Shown: positions 1 to 12,391, counted from the stretch's first letter. The stretch: DNA of 64,000 bases from Malacoraja senta (GCA_038087875.1 CM075995.1:8248001-8312000); one strand, 5' to 3'. Translations and numbers: made by a program. The notes: generated from the letters alone by a model not told the origin.

Positions 1-821
1 CTGAACTGTAAATCAACTGAACACACTGAATGTCTACTGAACTGTGAGTGTGGTGTTTTGTGTGGTTTTATCGTGGTTTCACTCGGCTTGAAATGGTATG
101 AAACTGCATTTGAATTTGGTGGCCTTGCATCCTCCTTGAAATGGTATGAAACTGCACTTGAATTTGGTTGCCTTGCACCCTGCTTGAAGTGGTATGAAAC
201 TGCATTTGAATTTGGTGGCCTTGCACCCTGCATGAAATGGTATGAAACTGCATTTGAATTTGGTGGCCTTGCACCCCCCTTGAAATGGTATGAAACTGCA
301 CTTGAATTTGGTGGCCTTGCACCCTGCTTGAAGTGGTATGAAACTGCACTTGAATTTGGTGGCCTTGCACCCTGCTTGAAGTGGTTGGAAACTGCACTTG
401 AATTCGGTGGCCTTGCACCCTGCTTGAAGTGGTAGGAAACTGAACCTGAATTTGGTGGCCTTGCACCCTGCTTGAAATGGTAGGAAAATAGATTTGAATT
501 TGATGGCCTTGCACTCTGCTTGAAATGGAATTTCAAGGAATAACCGCGAGTCAACTGCCAGCCCACCAGCCATGGGTGAGCTGCCAGCACATCAGGCTTG
601 AGGGACTGAGCAGCCACCCCAAGAATCCATTTGGCCCACAATGTCCATACTAGCCCTCTGGAGACCAGTAGTCCCTGCAGCCAACAACACCCATACCAGC
701 GCTCCAGAAAGCCCCCCCCCACTGGCCACCAATATTGGAATTGGAGGAGAGGTGGAATATTGCATCGGGGGACCAGCCCTCCCATGTGAACATGGGACCC
801 AACGGGTCCCACTTAGTCTAG
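1..821 (+). mobile_element. Non-autonomous Helitron-like element, 3' part (contains the minisatellite)
   Basis: Ends with hairpin TGGGACCC-AAC-GGGTCCCA (793-811), then CTAG (818-821) followed by T, the canonical Helitron 3' end; CR1 sequence begins immediately after. Confidence 0.7.
88..530. repeat. 48-bp minisatellite, about 9 copies
   Basis: Unit TTGAAATGGTATGAAACTGCA(C/T)TTGAATTTGGTGGCCTTGCACCCTGC in tandem; explains the 16-aa periodic ORFs in several frames. Confidence 0.95.
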
Positions 822-3800
822 TCTTTTCTGAAACCTTTCAAGCTTGACAATATCTTTCCTATAACACGGTGCCCTAAACTGAACACAATATTCTAAATGC
901 GGTCTCACCAACGTATAATACAACTGCAACATGACCTCCCAACTTCTATACTCAATACTCTGACTGATGAAGGCCAAAGAGCCAAAAGCCATTTTGACCA
1001 CCTTATCTACCTGCGACTCGACCTTCAAGGAACCATGCACTTGTACTCCTAGATCCCTCTGCTCCACAACACTACCCAGAGGCCTACCATTTACTGTGTA
1101 GGTCCTGCCCTTGTTCGACATCCCAAAATGCAACACCACACACTTCTCTGTATTAAATTCCATCAATCATTCATCCGCCCACCTGGCCAATCGATCCAGA
1201 TCCTGCTGCAATCGTTCACAACCATCTTCATATCTGCAAATCCACTAACTTTTGAATCATCAGCAAACTTGCTAATCTTGCCCTGTGTGTTCTCATCCAA
1301 ATCATTGATGTAGATGACAAACAGTAAAGTGGCCAACACCGAACCCCGAGGTACACCACTAGTCACAGGCCTCCAGTCCGAGAACCATTACCCTCTGCTT
1401 CCTTCCATGGAGCCAATTTGCTATCCATTCACCTATCTCTCCTTGGATCCCTTGCGATCTAACCTTACAGTGCAGCCTACCATGCGGAACCTTGTTGAAC
1501 GCCTCACTAGAGTCCATGTACACAACATCTACAGCTTTCCCCTCATCAACCTTTTTGGTCACGTCCTCAAAAAAAAATCTATCAGATTTGTGAGACACGA
1601 CCTCCCATGTACAAAACCATGCTGACTGTCCCTAATCAGCCCTTGCCCATCCACATGCCTGTATAACCTATCCCTTAGAATACTCTCCAGTAAATTACCA
1701 ACTACAGATGTTAAGCTTACCGGCCTATAGTTCCCAGCATTTTCCCTGCAGCCCTTCTTGAAAAGAGGCACAACATTTGCCACCCTCCAGCACCTCTCCT
1801 GTATTTAAGGACGACTCGTAAATTTCAACCAGGGCTCCCGCAATTTCTTCTCTAGTTTCCCACAATGTCCTTGGATATATCTGATCAGACCCTGGAGATT
1901 TGTCTACCTTCAAACATGACAGTACCTTCAGTACTTCTTCGAAGGTACTGTCACAGGCCCTCTCCCACCTCGACAACAGAGACACTTACGTAAGAATGCT
2001 GTTCACCGATTACAGCTCAGCATTCAACACCATCATACCCTCTAAACTGATCACCAAACTCGGTGACCTGGGCTTCGACCCCTCCCTCTGCAACTGGATA
2101 CTGGACTTTCTAACCAACAGACCCCAGTCTGTTAGGTTAGACAAGCACACCTCTTCAACCCTCACCCTGAACACCGGCGTTCCACAGGGCTGTGTGCTGA
2201 GCCCCCTCCTCTCCTCCCTCTTCACCTACGACTGCACACCTGTACATGGTACTAACACCATCATCAAGTATGCAGATGATACAACGGTGATTGGCCTCAT
2301 CAGCAACAACGATGAGTCGGCCTATAGGGAGGAGGTCCAGCTCCTAGCAGCATGGTGCGCTGACAACAACCTGGCCCTTAACTCCAAGAAGACCAAGGAG
2401 CTCATTGTAGACTTCAGGAAGTCTAGGGGCGGCATGCACACCCCCATCCACATTAACGGGAGGGAGGTGGAACGTGTTTCCAGCTTCAGGTTCCTGGGGG
2501 TCAACATCTCCGATGACCTCTCTTGGACCAACAATACCTCAACTCTGGTCAAGAAGGCTCACCAGCGTCTCTTCTTCCTGAGGAGACTAAAGAAGGTCCA
2601 TCTGTCTCCTCGGATTCTGGTGAACTTCTACCGCTGCACCATCGAGAGCATCCTTACCAACTGCATCACAGTATGGTATGGCAACTGCTCTGTCTCCGAC
2701 CGGAAAGCACTGCAGAGGGTGGTGAAAATTGCCCAACGCATCACCGGTTCCTCACTCCCCACCATTGAGTCTGTCCAAAGCAAGCGTTGTCTGCGAAGGG
2801 CGCTCAGCATCGCCAAGGACTGCTCTCACCCCAACCACAGACTGTTTACCCTGCTACCATCCGGGAGGCGCTACAGGTCTCTCCGTTGCCGGACCAGCAG
2901 GTCCAGGAACAGCTTCTTCCCTGCGGCGGTTACACTACTCAACACTGTACCTCGGTGACTGCCAATCACACCCCCCCCCCACCCCGGACACTCCTCCCAC
3001 CAGGATTTATTAGATTAGATTTATTTATTTACTGCTCATATTTATGTCGCTCTTCTAGGGAGATGCTAACTGCATTTCGTTGTCTCTGTACTGTACACTG
3101 CACAATGACAATAAAGTTGAATCTGAATCTGAGGGGATCTGTAACACTGACTGCTCTCAAGACACTTCCAGCGACTGCTCCAATTTCCTCCGTCCTACTG
3201 TCTTTCTCCTCGGTAAATAAAGAGGAGAAATACTCATTTGGGATCTTGCCCATCTCCTGTGGCCCCACACAGAGATTCCGGAGAGGTCCCACTCTCTCTC
3301 TGGTTACCTTTTTTCCCCCTTATGTATTTATAAAATCTTTTGGGATTGTCCTTAATGCTACCCGCCAAGGCTATCTCCTGGCCCCTTTTTGCCCTTCTGA
3401 TTTCCTTTTTCAGTTTACTCTTTAGTTTCCGAAACTCCTCCAGGGATGTACTTGATCCCAGCTGCCTATACCTGTCCCATGCATCCTTCTTGTTTTTGAC
3501 TAACTTTCGCTCGTTAGCCAAGCTTCCTTACGTTTGCCTGCTTTGCCCTTCACTCTAACGGGGACGTACACATCCTGAGCTTTCGTCAGCACACTTCTAA
3601 AAACATCCCACTTGGCCGATGTTCCTTTCCCCTCAAATTGAGCGAGACCTTCTCTCATACTCTCAAAGTTGGCCTTACCCCAGTTGAGCATTTTAACAGG
3701 TGGACCCTCTCCGTCCCTATCCATAACTATCTTAAACCTAATCGAACTGTGGTCACTGGTCCCACAAGGCTCCTCCACAAACACTTCATTAACTTGCCCT

Positions 3801-4490
3801 TCCCAATTTCCCAATACCAGATCAAGCATTGCCTTCTCACGTGTGGGGGTCTCTACATACTGCTTAAGAAAACTCTCCTGAACACTTTTGAGGAATTGCA
3901 CCCCATCTAAACCCTTCACACTATGGTTTTCCCAGTCTATATTGGGAAAGTTAAAATCCCCTACTACAACAACCTTACTTGACCTGCAGCTGTCTGCAAT
4001 CTCCCGGCACATCTGTTCTTCTAATTCCCGTTGACTATTCGGGGGTCTGTAGTACACCCCCAACACGATGATCAACCTTTTCTTGTTCCTCAGCTCCACC
4101 CATATAGCCTCACTAGACGAACCATCTGTAATGTCACCTCTGAACACAGTCGTGACATCCTCCTTAACAACAATGCAACCCCTCCCCTCCTCTTTTTCCC
4201 TCACCCCTGTCTCTCCTGAAGCTCCTGTACATTGAGCTGCCAGTCCTGCCCTTCCCTTAACCAGGTTTCAGTCATGGCTACAACGTCCCAGTCGCTCGTA
4301 CCTATCCATGCCCTAAGCTCATCTGCCTTACCCGTCAGGCCCCTTGCATTAAAATACGTGCAGTTTAAACCAACCCTCCTTCCTCGCTCTCCGCCTTTCA
4401 CCTGCCTATTCTGTCCACTAACCTTTCCCACACCACCCTCCATACCAACTTCTAGCTTCTCATGTGCCTCTGTCCTGCACGAGATCCCAC
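822..4490 (-). mobile_element. CR1-clade LINE, degenerate ORF2 (endonuclease + RT), interrupted by a Rex/Babar insertion
   Basis: Minus-strand fragments [69 protein letters not shown]; many frameshifts. Confidence 0.93.
1954..3132 (+). mobile_element. Rex1/Babar-type non-LTR retrotransposon, 5'-truncated, open RT C-terminal frame to 2958
   Basis: [46 protein letters not shown]; 3' UTR ends AATGACAATAAA plus (TGAATC)n tail. Confidence 0.92.
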
Positions 4491-4502
4491 CCATTTGAAC
4501 TG

Positions 4503-5016
4503 GGGCTGCTTCACAGCTTGGTTTGGGAACAGCTCCATCCAAGACCCCAAGAAATTACAGAGAATTGTGGACGCAGCCCAGACCATCACACAAACCAACC
4601 TCCCTTCCATTGACTCCATCTACATTTCACGCTGCCTCGGCAAGGCCAGCAGCATAATCAAGGACGAATCTCACCCTGGACTCTCCCTCTTCTCCCATCG
4701 GGCATGAAGTACAGAAGCGTGAAATCGCACACCTCCAGATTCAGGGACAGTTTCTTCCCAGCTGTTATCAGGCAATTGAACCATCCTATCAACAACCAGA
4801 GAGCAGTCCTGACCTACCGTCTCCTTCATTGGAGACCCTTGGACTATCTTTCCTCGGGCTTTACCTTGCATTAAACGTTATTCCCTTTATCCTGCATCTG
4901 TACATTGTGGACGGCTTGATTGTAATCATGATTAGTCTTTCCACTAACTGGATAGCATGCAACAAAAAAGTTTTGCACTGTATCTCAGTACACGTGACAG
5001 TAAAATAAACGAAACT
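4503..5016 (+). mobile_element. Rex/Babar-type LINE 3' fragment
   Basis: CFTAWFGNSS..KKLQRIVDAAQTI..LPSIDSIY..IIKDESHPG is homologous to the C-terminus of the 1954-2958 ORF. Confidence 0.8.
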
Positions 5017-5099
5017 ATTAGAGATAGTCCCTGTATCTAATTATTCCTTCCACATTCCCTTGCTCCCACTGAAAACTAACTTGATTTATTTCCTTTTGA

Positions 5100-5353
5100 C
5101 TTTAGAGATGCAGCACGGAAACAAGCCCTCAGGCCCACCGAGTCCGCGCCGACCAGTGATCCCCGTACACTAGCACTATTCTACACACTAGGGACGATGT
5201 ACAATTTTACTGAAGCTATTTAACCAACAAACCTGTACGTCTCCGGAGGAAACCCACGCGGTCACAGGGAGAACGTACAAACTCCGTACAGACAGCACCT
5301 GTAGTCAGGATCAAACCCGGGTCTCTGGTTCTGTAAGGCAGCAACTCTACCGC
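5100..5353 (-). mobile_element. HE1/V-SINE-like tRNA-derived SINE
   Basis: Reverse complement has a tRNA-like head, the central GCTGTCTGTACGGAGTTTGTACGTTCTCCC domain and a CR1-like 3' end; many sister copies in the window. Confidence 0.85.
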
Positions 5354-5435
5354 CCTTTTTCTCATCTGCAATTATATTGTAAGGTCCCGTATCAGAATTG
5401 TTTCTCATTCCGCAGATGCTACCTGCTGACTATTT

Positions 5436-5570
5436 GTCTGAAGAAAGGTCCTGACCCGAAACGTCACCCGTTCATGTTTTCCAGAGATGCAGCCTGACCT
5501 GCCGAGTTACTCCAGCACTTTGTGTCCTTTAAAAAAACAAAAAAACAGCATCTGCAGTTCCTTGTTTCTA
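5436..5570 (+). mobile_element. Short Penelope terminal-repeat fragment with hammerhead-like core
   Basis: CTGAAGA..GACCCGAAACGTC followed by GAGTTACTCCAGCA..CAGCATCTGCAGTTCC; homologous to the end of the Penelope at 52131-52261. Confidence 0.7.
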
Positions 5571-5804
5571 CTGATTATTTCCATCATATTCTCATCTATT
5601 TCAGAGCTGTGGCCTCACAGCGCCAGTGACCCGGGTTCGATCCCGACTACGAGTGCTGTCTGTACGAAGTTTATGCGTTCTCTCTGTTGCCGTGTGTTTT
5701 TTTTTCCCCAGGATTTACAATTTCCTCCCACATCCTAGAAACATGCAGATTTATGAATTGTTTGCGGGTGAAAATTCACGGTTGTCTGCAATACTAATTA
5801 GGTC

Positions 5805-6285
5805 ATAAGTAATAGGAGCAGAATTAGGCCATTCGGCCCATCAAGTCTACTCCGCCATTCAACCATGGGTGGCCTATCTCTCCCTCCTGACCCCATTCTC
5901 CTGCCTTCTTCCCATAACTTCTGACACCTGTACTAATCAAGAATCTATCTATCTCAGCCTTAAATACATCCACTGACTTTGACTCCACAGCCTTCTGTGG
6001 CAAAGAATTCCACAGATTCACCACCCTCTGACTACAGAAATTTCTCCTCATCTTCTTCCGAAAAGAACGTCCTTTAATTTGAAGACTAGTCCTAGACTCT
6101 CCCACTAGTGGAAACACCCTCTCCACATCCACCAAGCCTTTCACTATTCTGTATGTTCCAATGAGGTGCCCCCTCATTCTTTTAACTCCAGCGAGTACAG
6201 GCCCAGTGCCGACAAACGCTCATCATAGGTTAACCCAACTCATCAACTGACCAGCACCTCAGCATTTCATGGCTGTTTTTGTATT
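5805..6285 (-). mobile_element. CR1 3' fragment
   Basis: RMRGHLIGTYRIVKG..FCSQRVVNLWNSLPQKAV; CR1 3' UTR. Confidence 0.85.
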
Positions 6286-6308
6286 CTGCGCCATCATGTC
6301 TCACCGAC

Positions 6309-6445
6309 CTCGAGAAATATTGATCAGAGTAGCGGAGAGCTTCATTTGGCTAAGTTATTTCCCCCCCCCCCCCTCGAAGAGTTTGCAGGTTTGAGGAGTC
6401 AGATTTACCACCACCATCATGAAGTCAGACTCCTGGAGAAGATCG
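6309..6445 (-). pseudogene. Degenerate partial duplicate of the dehydrogenase exon at 8692-8870
   Basis: Closely matches 8692-8818 (CTCGAGAAATATTGATCAGAGTAGCGGAG..AGTCAGACTCCTGGAG), with a poly-C expansion and no 5' part or acceptor; the GT donor is kept. Confidence 0.9.
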
Positions 6446-6817
6446 TTGACTTGGCTGCACACGTCCAGCAGGAGACGGACAAGGTCAAGAAGATTGGGAG
6501 GGAACTACACCAAAGCCCTTCTTTACCCTGGGGACACTTTAGCCGACTTCAATCCCCGCTGGGTGTCGGGGCAGCTCTATCATACAGTGGGCATTGGGGG
6601 CTTTGTCCCAACTGGTTGTCGCATTATTTTTAATCTCATGCTTAAAACCCCTCTGTGGAGTGGTAGCTCAGAGAACAACCCTTTCCATCATGATCCAACA
6701 ACCGGCCACCAGCCCTGACATCATCGCCACTGAGCTCCAGAAAGTCTATGCTATCGAACTCTAGCAAATCCTTATGTTGTCCTTAGCAGGACAAAAGGGG
6801 GGGAGGGGGGGTGTAAG
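6437..6817 (+). mobile_element. Probable retroviral env (TM) C-terminal remnant plus polypurine tract
   Basis: Heptad-like IVDLAAHVQQETDKVKKIGRELHQ; in another frame a hydrophobic stretch IIQWALGALSQLVVALFLISCLKPLC with short tail and stop; then AAAAGGGGGGGAGGGGGGG-TGTAAG. Confidence 0.55.
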
Positions 6818-6825
6818 TGTTCAGA

Positions 6826-7516
6826 AAGGGTTCAGAAAAGATTTACGAGGATTTTGCCAGGACTAGAGGGTGTAAGCTATAAGGAGAGGTTGAGTAGGCT
6901 GGGTCTGTGGAATTCTCTGCCTCAGAGGGCAGTGGAGGCAGGTTCTCTGGATGCTTTCAAGAGAGAGCTAGATAGGGCTCTTAAAGATAGCGGAGTCAGG
7001 GGATATGGGGAGAAGGCAGGAACGGGGTACAGATTGGGGATGATCAGCCATGATCACATTGAATGGCGGTGCTGGTTCGAAGGGCCGAATGGCCTACTCC
7101 TGCACCTATTGTCTATTGCCTCCATTCCATGGAGCGTAGGAGGATGAGGGGTGATCTTATAGAGGTATACAAAATCATAAGAGGAATAGATCGGGTAGAT
7201 GCACAGAGTCTCTTTCCCAGAGTAGGGGAATCGAGGACCAGGGGACATAGGTTCAAGGTGAAGGGGAAAAGATTTAATAGGAATTTCACACAGAGGGTGG
7301 TGGGTGTATGGAACAAGCTGCCGGAGGAGGTAGTTGAGGCTGGGACTATCCCATCGTTTAAGAAACAGTTGGACAGGTACATGGATAGGACAGGTTTGGA
7401 GGGTTATGGACCAAGCGCGGGCAAGTGGGACTAGTGTAGCTGGGACATTGTTGGCCGGTGTGGGCGAGTTGGGCCGAAGGGCCTGTTTCCACACTGTATC
7501 ACGCTATGACTCTATG
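6826..7516 (+). mobile_element. Two tandem CR1 3' fragments
   Basis: GLWNSLPQRAVEAGSLDAFKRELD and RRMRGDLIEVYKI..FTQRVVGVWNKLPEEVV, each with its own 3' tail. Confidence 0.85.
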
Positions 7517-8691
7517 TGTAGAAACTTCAGTCTGATAACGGTTGGGACAGCTGTACAGCACAACAACCTTTAGGCATTCATTGACGCACATCTATGTCCC
7601 TGATGCGTATTCATTGACGTACCCCAATGTTTTGAGAAGGGTCTTCCTTGGCGCACATGAAAATGAAATAAAGGATTAAATAGCATGTAGGTTCACTTGT
7701 ATTAGTGTTGTTACATTTGTATATTATTGTTTTGGGAACGTATTGTTATTGATGATAAAAAAATTAGAAAGTGCACACAATTTCAAGGGTCAAAGGGTGG
7801 GCGGTGTGGGGGGGGGGACGAGGGGCAGGTATATCTCCACTTTCCTTTTTTCTTTTTTTTTCTCTTCTATTTCTACTCACATTTCGGCCACACTACTTTG
7901 GTAGTCTAGGGGTCTTTTCTATGTGCTTTTTCGAGCTATCTTTTCACTTCCCACTTTTTCCCTCTCTTGTTCTCTCTCTCTTTTCAGATCATAAGGTTAA
8001 AATTGGAAAAAAAAATTCTGTACAAAAAGTTGACTGTTCTGCTTGGAATTTCTGATTAGTACAGGAACTGGGACTATGATCTCTCCTAGTGCACAAGTAA
8101 ATAAAGTGTGTCTGGAAAATGAATGGAAGTTGTCAGAGTCCAGTTGATCAGTGCCGACACCAGTGCTGACAAAAGCTCATCATATGTTAACCCGCTCATT
8201 TCCTGGGATCGTTCTTGTAAACCTCCTCTGGACCCTCTCCAGCGCCAGCACATCCTTCCTGAGATATGGGGCCCAAAATTGCTCACAATACTCCTAATGG
8301 GGCCTGACCAGTGCCTGATAGAGCCTCAGCATTTCATGGCTGTTTTTGTATTCTGGAGGTCAGGTCGGGGGTAGTTCACCCCCGCCACGGGTACCATGTA
8401 ATCCCGTGCTACCCGCTCCACGGTCAGATAGTCGGCGACTAAACCGTCTCCCGCACCTGGTTTGCCGGGTGAGGAGGGGGCTGTGGACCCCCAGCAGGAC
8501 CAAAACAAGACCTGTCAAAGGGCGGATGAGCTCCTAGCGAGCCAACGGCCATCCACACTTCAGTAGAAGTTGCGATCACTGTCGTACATAGCATTGTAAG
8601 CAGTGAAGAGAAACATGAAATGTACTTCTTCCCTCTCCTTGCTTCTCAAAAGAGAAGGTGTTGATTAATTAATTTTGTATTCTACACCTAC

Positions 8692-8870
8692 CTCGAGAAA
8701 TATTGATCAGAGTAGCGGAGGGCTTCATTTGGCAAAGTTCTTTTTCCCCGATAAGTTTGCAGGTTTGAGGAGTCAGATTTACCACCACCATCACAAAGTC
8801 AGACTCCTGGAGGAGATCACCAATCTTCACACAGTAGCGTGCACCGACCAACTTCTCCTCCTCCTCTGGT
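8692..8870 (-). CDS. Glyoxylate/hydroxypyruvate reductase-like D-2-hydroxyacid dehydrogenase, coding exon 3
   Basis: PEEEEKLVGARYCVKIGDLLQESDFVMVVVNLTPQTCKLIGEKELCQMKPSATLINISRG (catalytic Arg in NISRG); acceptor tgtttag, donor gtaggt; 179 nt, in phase with exon 2. Confidence 0.93.
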
Positions 8871-8887
8871 CTAAACACAGATAAAAA

Positions 8888-9285
8888 CACTGGAATTCAG
8901 AAGGATGAGAGGATATCTTATAGAAACATTATAAAATTCTTAAAGGATCGCTCAGGCTAGGTGCAGGAAATTTTTTCTCTATGTTGGGGAGTCCAGAACC
9001 AGGGGTCACACAGTTCAAGAATAAGGGGTAGGCCATTTAGGACAGAGATGAGGAAAAACTTTTTCACCCAGAGAGTTGCGAATCTGTGGAATTCTCTGCC
9101 ACAGAAGGCAGTGGAGGCCAATTCATTGGATGTTTTCAAGAGAGTTAGATTTAGCTCTTAGGGCTAAAGGAATCAAGGGATATGGGGAGAATGCAGGAAC
9201 TCGGTACTGATTTCGGATGATCAGCCATGATCATATTGAATGGCGGTGCTGGCTCGAAGGGCCGAATGGCCTACTCTGGCACCTG
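8888..9285 (+). mobile_element. CR1 3' fragment (intronic)
   Basis: EFRRMRGYLIET..MRKNFFTQRVANLWNSLPQKAVEA plus 3' UTR. Confidence 0.85.
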
Positions 9286-9741
9286 TTTTTTTGTTGCTAA
9301 GTGTGTCTGATACATAGAGTAACCAAACAAAGAGAATAAAAAAGGCAAAAAGTGCTGGAGTAGCACAGTGGCGCAGTGTTGATGGGACTTGTTGGTTGGC
9401 ATGGGCAAGTTGGGCCGAAGGGCCTGTTTCCACACTGTACGACTATGAGTTCTTGGCAATCTTATTGGAACATATAAGATTATGTGTCAAACTAGCCATC
9501 CTCCTTGATACCACAATGGCATCAGTTATGTGTCTTATCAGACCAACCTAGTCTGGGATATCTCTGGGAAAGCAAAGCTTATCTCACAGACCTCGCAAGT
9601 GGCCTCATGATCCACTGGATCTTTGCAATTAGCCTGAGCATTGTTCCAAAACATCTACTTGTTTTCCTAAACAGGGTTCGAGATGCAGTGCTGCTAATTT
9701 AACCGACAACTCCATTTTAGCTCACAGTCTGTTTAACCCTT

Positions 9742-10140
9742 ATGATACGATAGAACTTTTATTTATCCCAGGAGGGATATTGATCTGCCAACAGTCATAA
9801 AACACAACATACATGAAACATGACAAATGGAAAGTATTGGGGACATGCAAAGTTTAGGGAAGGGAGGGGGAGGGAAGTCAGTCTCAGTCTACCCCACGAC
9901 AGAAGGGGGGGGAGTTGTACATTTTGATAGCCACAGGAAGAAGGATCTCTGTGGTGTTCTGTGCTGCATCTTGGTGGAACCAGTCTGTTGCTGAAGGTGC
10001 TCCTCAGGTTGACCAGTGTGTCATGGAGCGGGTGAGCTGTACTGTCCAGGATGCTCCGCAGTTTGAGGAGCATCCTCCCCTGTAAGACCACCTCCCATGA
10101 ATCCAACTCCACCCCCAGGACGGAGCCAGACTTCCTGATG
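9742..10140 (-). mobile_element. Rex/Babar-type LINE 3' fragment
   Basis: MLLKLRSILDSTAHPLHDTL..RLVPPRCSTEHHR; AATAAA plus short-repeat tail. Confidence 0.7.
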
Positions 10141-10247
10141 GGTTACATTGCAGCAAGTGAACCTCGGCCCAACGTGAAAGGACTGTCGGGGTCCCTGGTC
10201 AGTGTCAAGGGAGGGGGTGTTGGGACAAAACTACTCAGTAATCCTAC

Positions 10248-10419
10248 CTCCTATTCCTGTTGTGGTACAGGATTTTCATATCAAATCCTCTGGCTCTCTG
10301 AGCAACTTTGTAACCGATCCTTCCCATTCCAATGATGCCAAGAGTCGCTCCGGTCACTTCCACTCCATTCACGTTGATCGGAAAGACTGTAATATTTGGT
10401 AACGTTGCAATCCTGTAAC
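10248..10419 (-). CDS. Glyoxylate/hydroxypyruvate reductase-like dehydrogenase, coding exon 2
   Basis: Manual translation [56 protein letters not shown] contains the Rossmann GxGxxG; acceptor ctgttag, donor gtagga; 172 nt, phases match both neighbours. This frame is not in the ORF track. Confidence 0.93.
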
Positions 10420-10442
10420 CTAACAGTTAAAATAAAACCATC

Positions 10443-10710
10443 AAGGCGAAGGGGAAAAAATTTAATAGGAATCTGATGGGTAACTTTTTCCACACAAAGG
10501 GTGGTGGGTGTATGGAACAAGCAGCCAGAGGAGGTAGTTGAGGCTGGGACTATCCCAACATTTAAGAAGCAATTAGACAGGTACATGGATAGGACATGTT
10601 TGGAGGGATATGGACCAAACGCTGGCAGGTGGGACTAGTGTAGCTGGGACATGTGTGGGCAAGTTGGGCCAAAGGGCCTGTTTCCACACTCCATGAGTCT
10701 ATGGCTCTAT
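10443..10710 (+). mobile_element. CR1 3' fragment
   Basis: Homologous to 7255-7516 and 16960-17222. Confidence 0.8.
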
Positions 10711-11154
10711 GGGGAAAGTTGAATCCTGTCTCAGAGCGTCTAGTGAGTGCAAGGGAGAAATATCATAATTTCTCTCTTTGAAATTTCGAGAGTGGGATTA
10801 TGAGTATTGTGTCTGGTTTTGGGCACTATGTTCAAAGAGTCATAGTGCATGGAAACTGGCCCTTCAGCCCAAATTGCCCACACCAACCAACATGTCCTAC
10901 CGACACTAGTCCCACTTGCCTGCCGATAACTCACTAAACCCGTCCTATCCATGTCAATGTCCAAATTCTTCTTGAATGTTGCGATTGTACCTGCAGATAG
11001 TTCTCTGTCAGAAGAAATTTCAGCATCAAATCACTTCTGTAAGGTCTCCCCTCATCCTCCTGCGCTCTAAGGAATAGAGTCCAAGCCTGTTCAACCTCTC
11101 CCTATAGCTCAGGCCTTTGAAGCTTGGCAACATCCTCGTAAGTCTTCTCTACAT

Positions 11155-11515
11155 CTGTGTTTATACAAAGCCCCCCCCCCCCCCCCCCATTTCAGGGCAC
11201 CATAATGTTTGGGACACATTTTTGGCCAAGAAGTACTTAAAAGAGCAACCACAGTTCTGGAAAAAGGTCTTGTGGACAGATGAGATGAAGATAAACTTAT
11301 ATCAGAGTGATGGCAAGAGCAAAGTATGGAGGAGAGAAGGAACTGCTCAAGATCCAAAGCATACCACCTCATCTGTGAAACACGGTGGTGGGAGTGTTAT
11401 GGCCTGGGCATGTTTGGCCGCTGAAGGTACTGGCTCACTTATCTTCATTGATGATACAACTTGTGTAGTGTTTAAACATATCCTATCTGCTCAAGTTCAA
11501 ACAAATGCCTCAAAA
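11155..11515 (+). mobile_element. Tc1-like transposon fragment (part of DDE domain)
   Basis: FWKKVLWTDEMKINLY..SSVKHGGGSVMAWAC; preceded by the inner repeat CATAATGTTTGGGACA shared with 13324-14099. Confidence 0.85.
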
Positions 11516-11546
11516 CCATCCATCCATCCCTCCCTCCCTCCCTCCA

Positions 11547-12391
11547 TCTTATGTTAAAACTCTGTCTTGGATGTTTATGTATTTGTTTGTTTGCTTGTGT
11601 CTTTTTCTGTGATTCACATCTCCTCGACAACTCTGCTCCTCGCGGCCAGCTGCGCGTAGTCTTCAACTATCAGCTTGCTGGGTACTGTTTTCCACGAGCT
11701 GCGAGTTACGTAACGCCACCCCTCACCCCCCCCCCCCCCCCCCCGGCGTAACTCACACTCGGCCGGCCGTCCATAGCGCCCCGCCCTCCTCCCCCCAGGT
11801 CTCTGGATTGAAGCCGCTGAACACGCAGTAATTTGGTTGGGCTTCCGAGGGCTTCAGAGATCCCGCGAGGTCCAGAGAGGTCACGACAGCTGCCCTAGCC
11901 CACCGCCTGCTTACTGAATTCAATTCCGCCCTCTCCCTCTCATCTCCCCCCTCCACTACCCCCTTCTCTCCCCTTCCCCCTCTGTCTCTCCTGCCACTCC
12001 CCCTCCCTCCTCCCTCTCTCCCTCCACCCCTCTCCCTCCCCCTCCCCTTCTCCCCCACCCCATCTCCCCCCTCTCCACCTCCCTCCCCCTCTCCTCTCCC
12101 CCCTCTCCACCTCCCTCCCCCTCTCCTCTCCCCATCTCCTCAAATGCATTTTTTTTTAAAGTTTAAAAATGAGGGAATCTGAATAAGGCGAAATAAGCAG
12201 CCCCTGCGCAGTTGTCAGCTATGGGTGAGTGCTGGAATATTGCATTGGGGGAACGGGTTGTGTTGGAGAAAGGGGAACAGGTTGTGTTGGGGGACCAGGC
12301 CTCCCGTGGGGGCTATGGGTGAGGGGTGGAATATTGCGTTGGGGAACGGTTTGCATTGGGGGACCAGGCCTCCCGTGTGACAGGGACCCAA
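11547..12391 (+). mobile_element. Helitron-like non-autonomous element, 3'-truncated at the hairpin
   Basis: Starts A|TC followed by a (GTTT)n-like tract; 3' part GGAATATTGC..GGGGGACCAG..CTCCC.TGTGA..GGGACCCAA is homologous to 750-802. Confidence 0.55.

Noticed and set aside
58..573. Periodic ORFs in several frames
   Set aside because: By-products of the 48-bp minisatellite; no splice or start context.
8356..8610. Possible twister or HDV ribozyme in an RTE-like short element
   Set aside because: The required pairings could not be built by eye; needs a covariance-model search.
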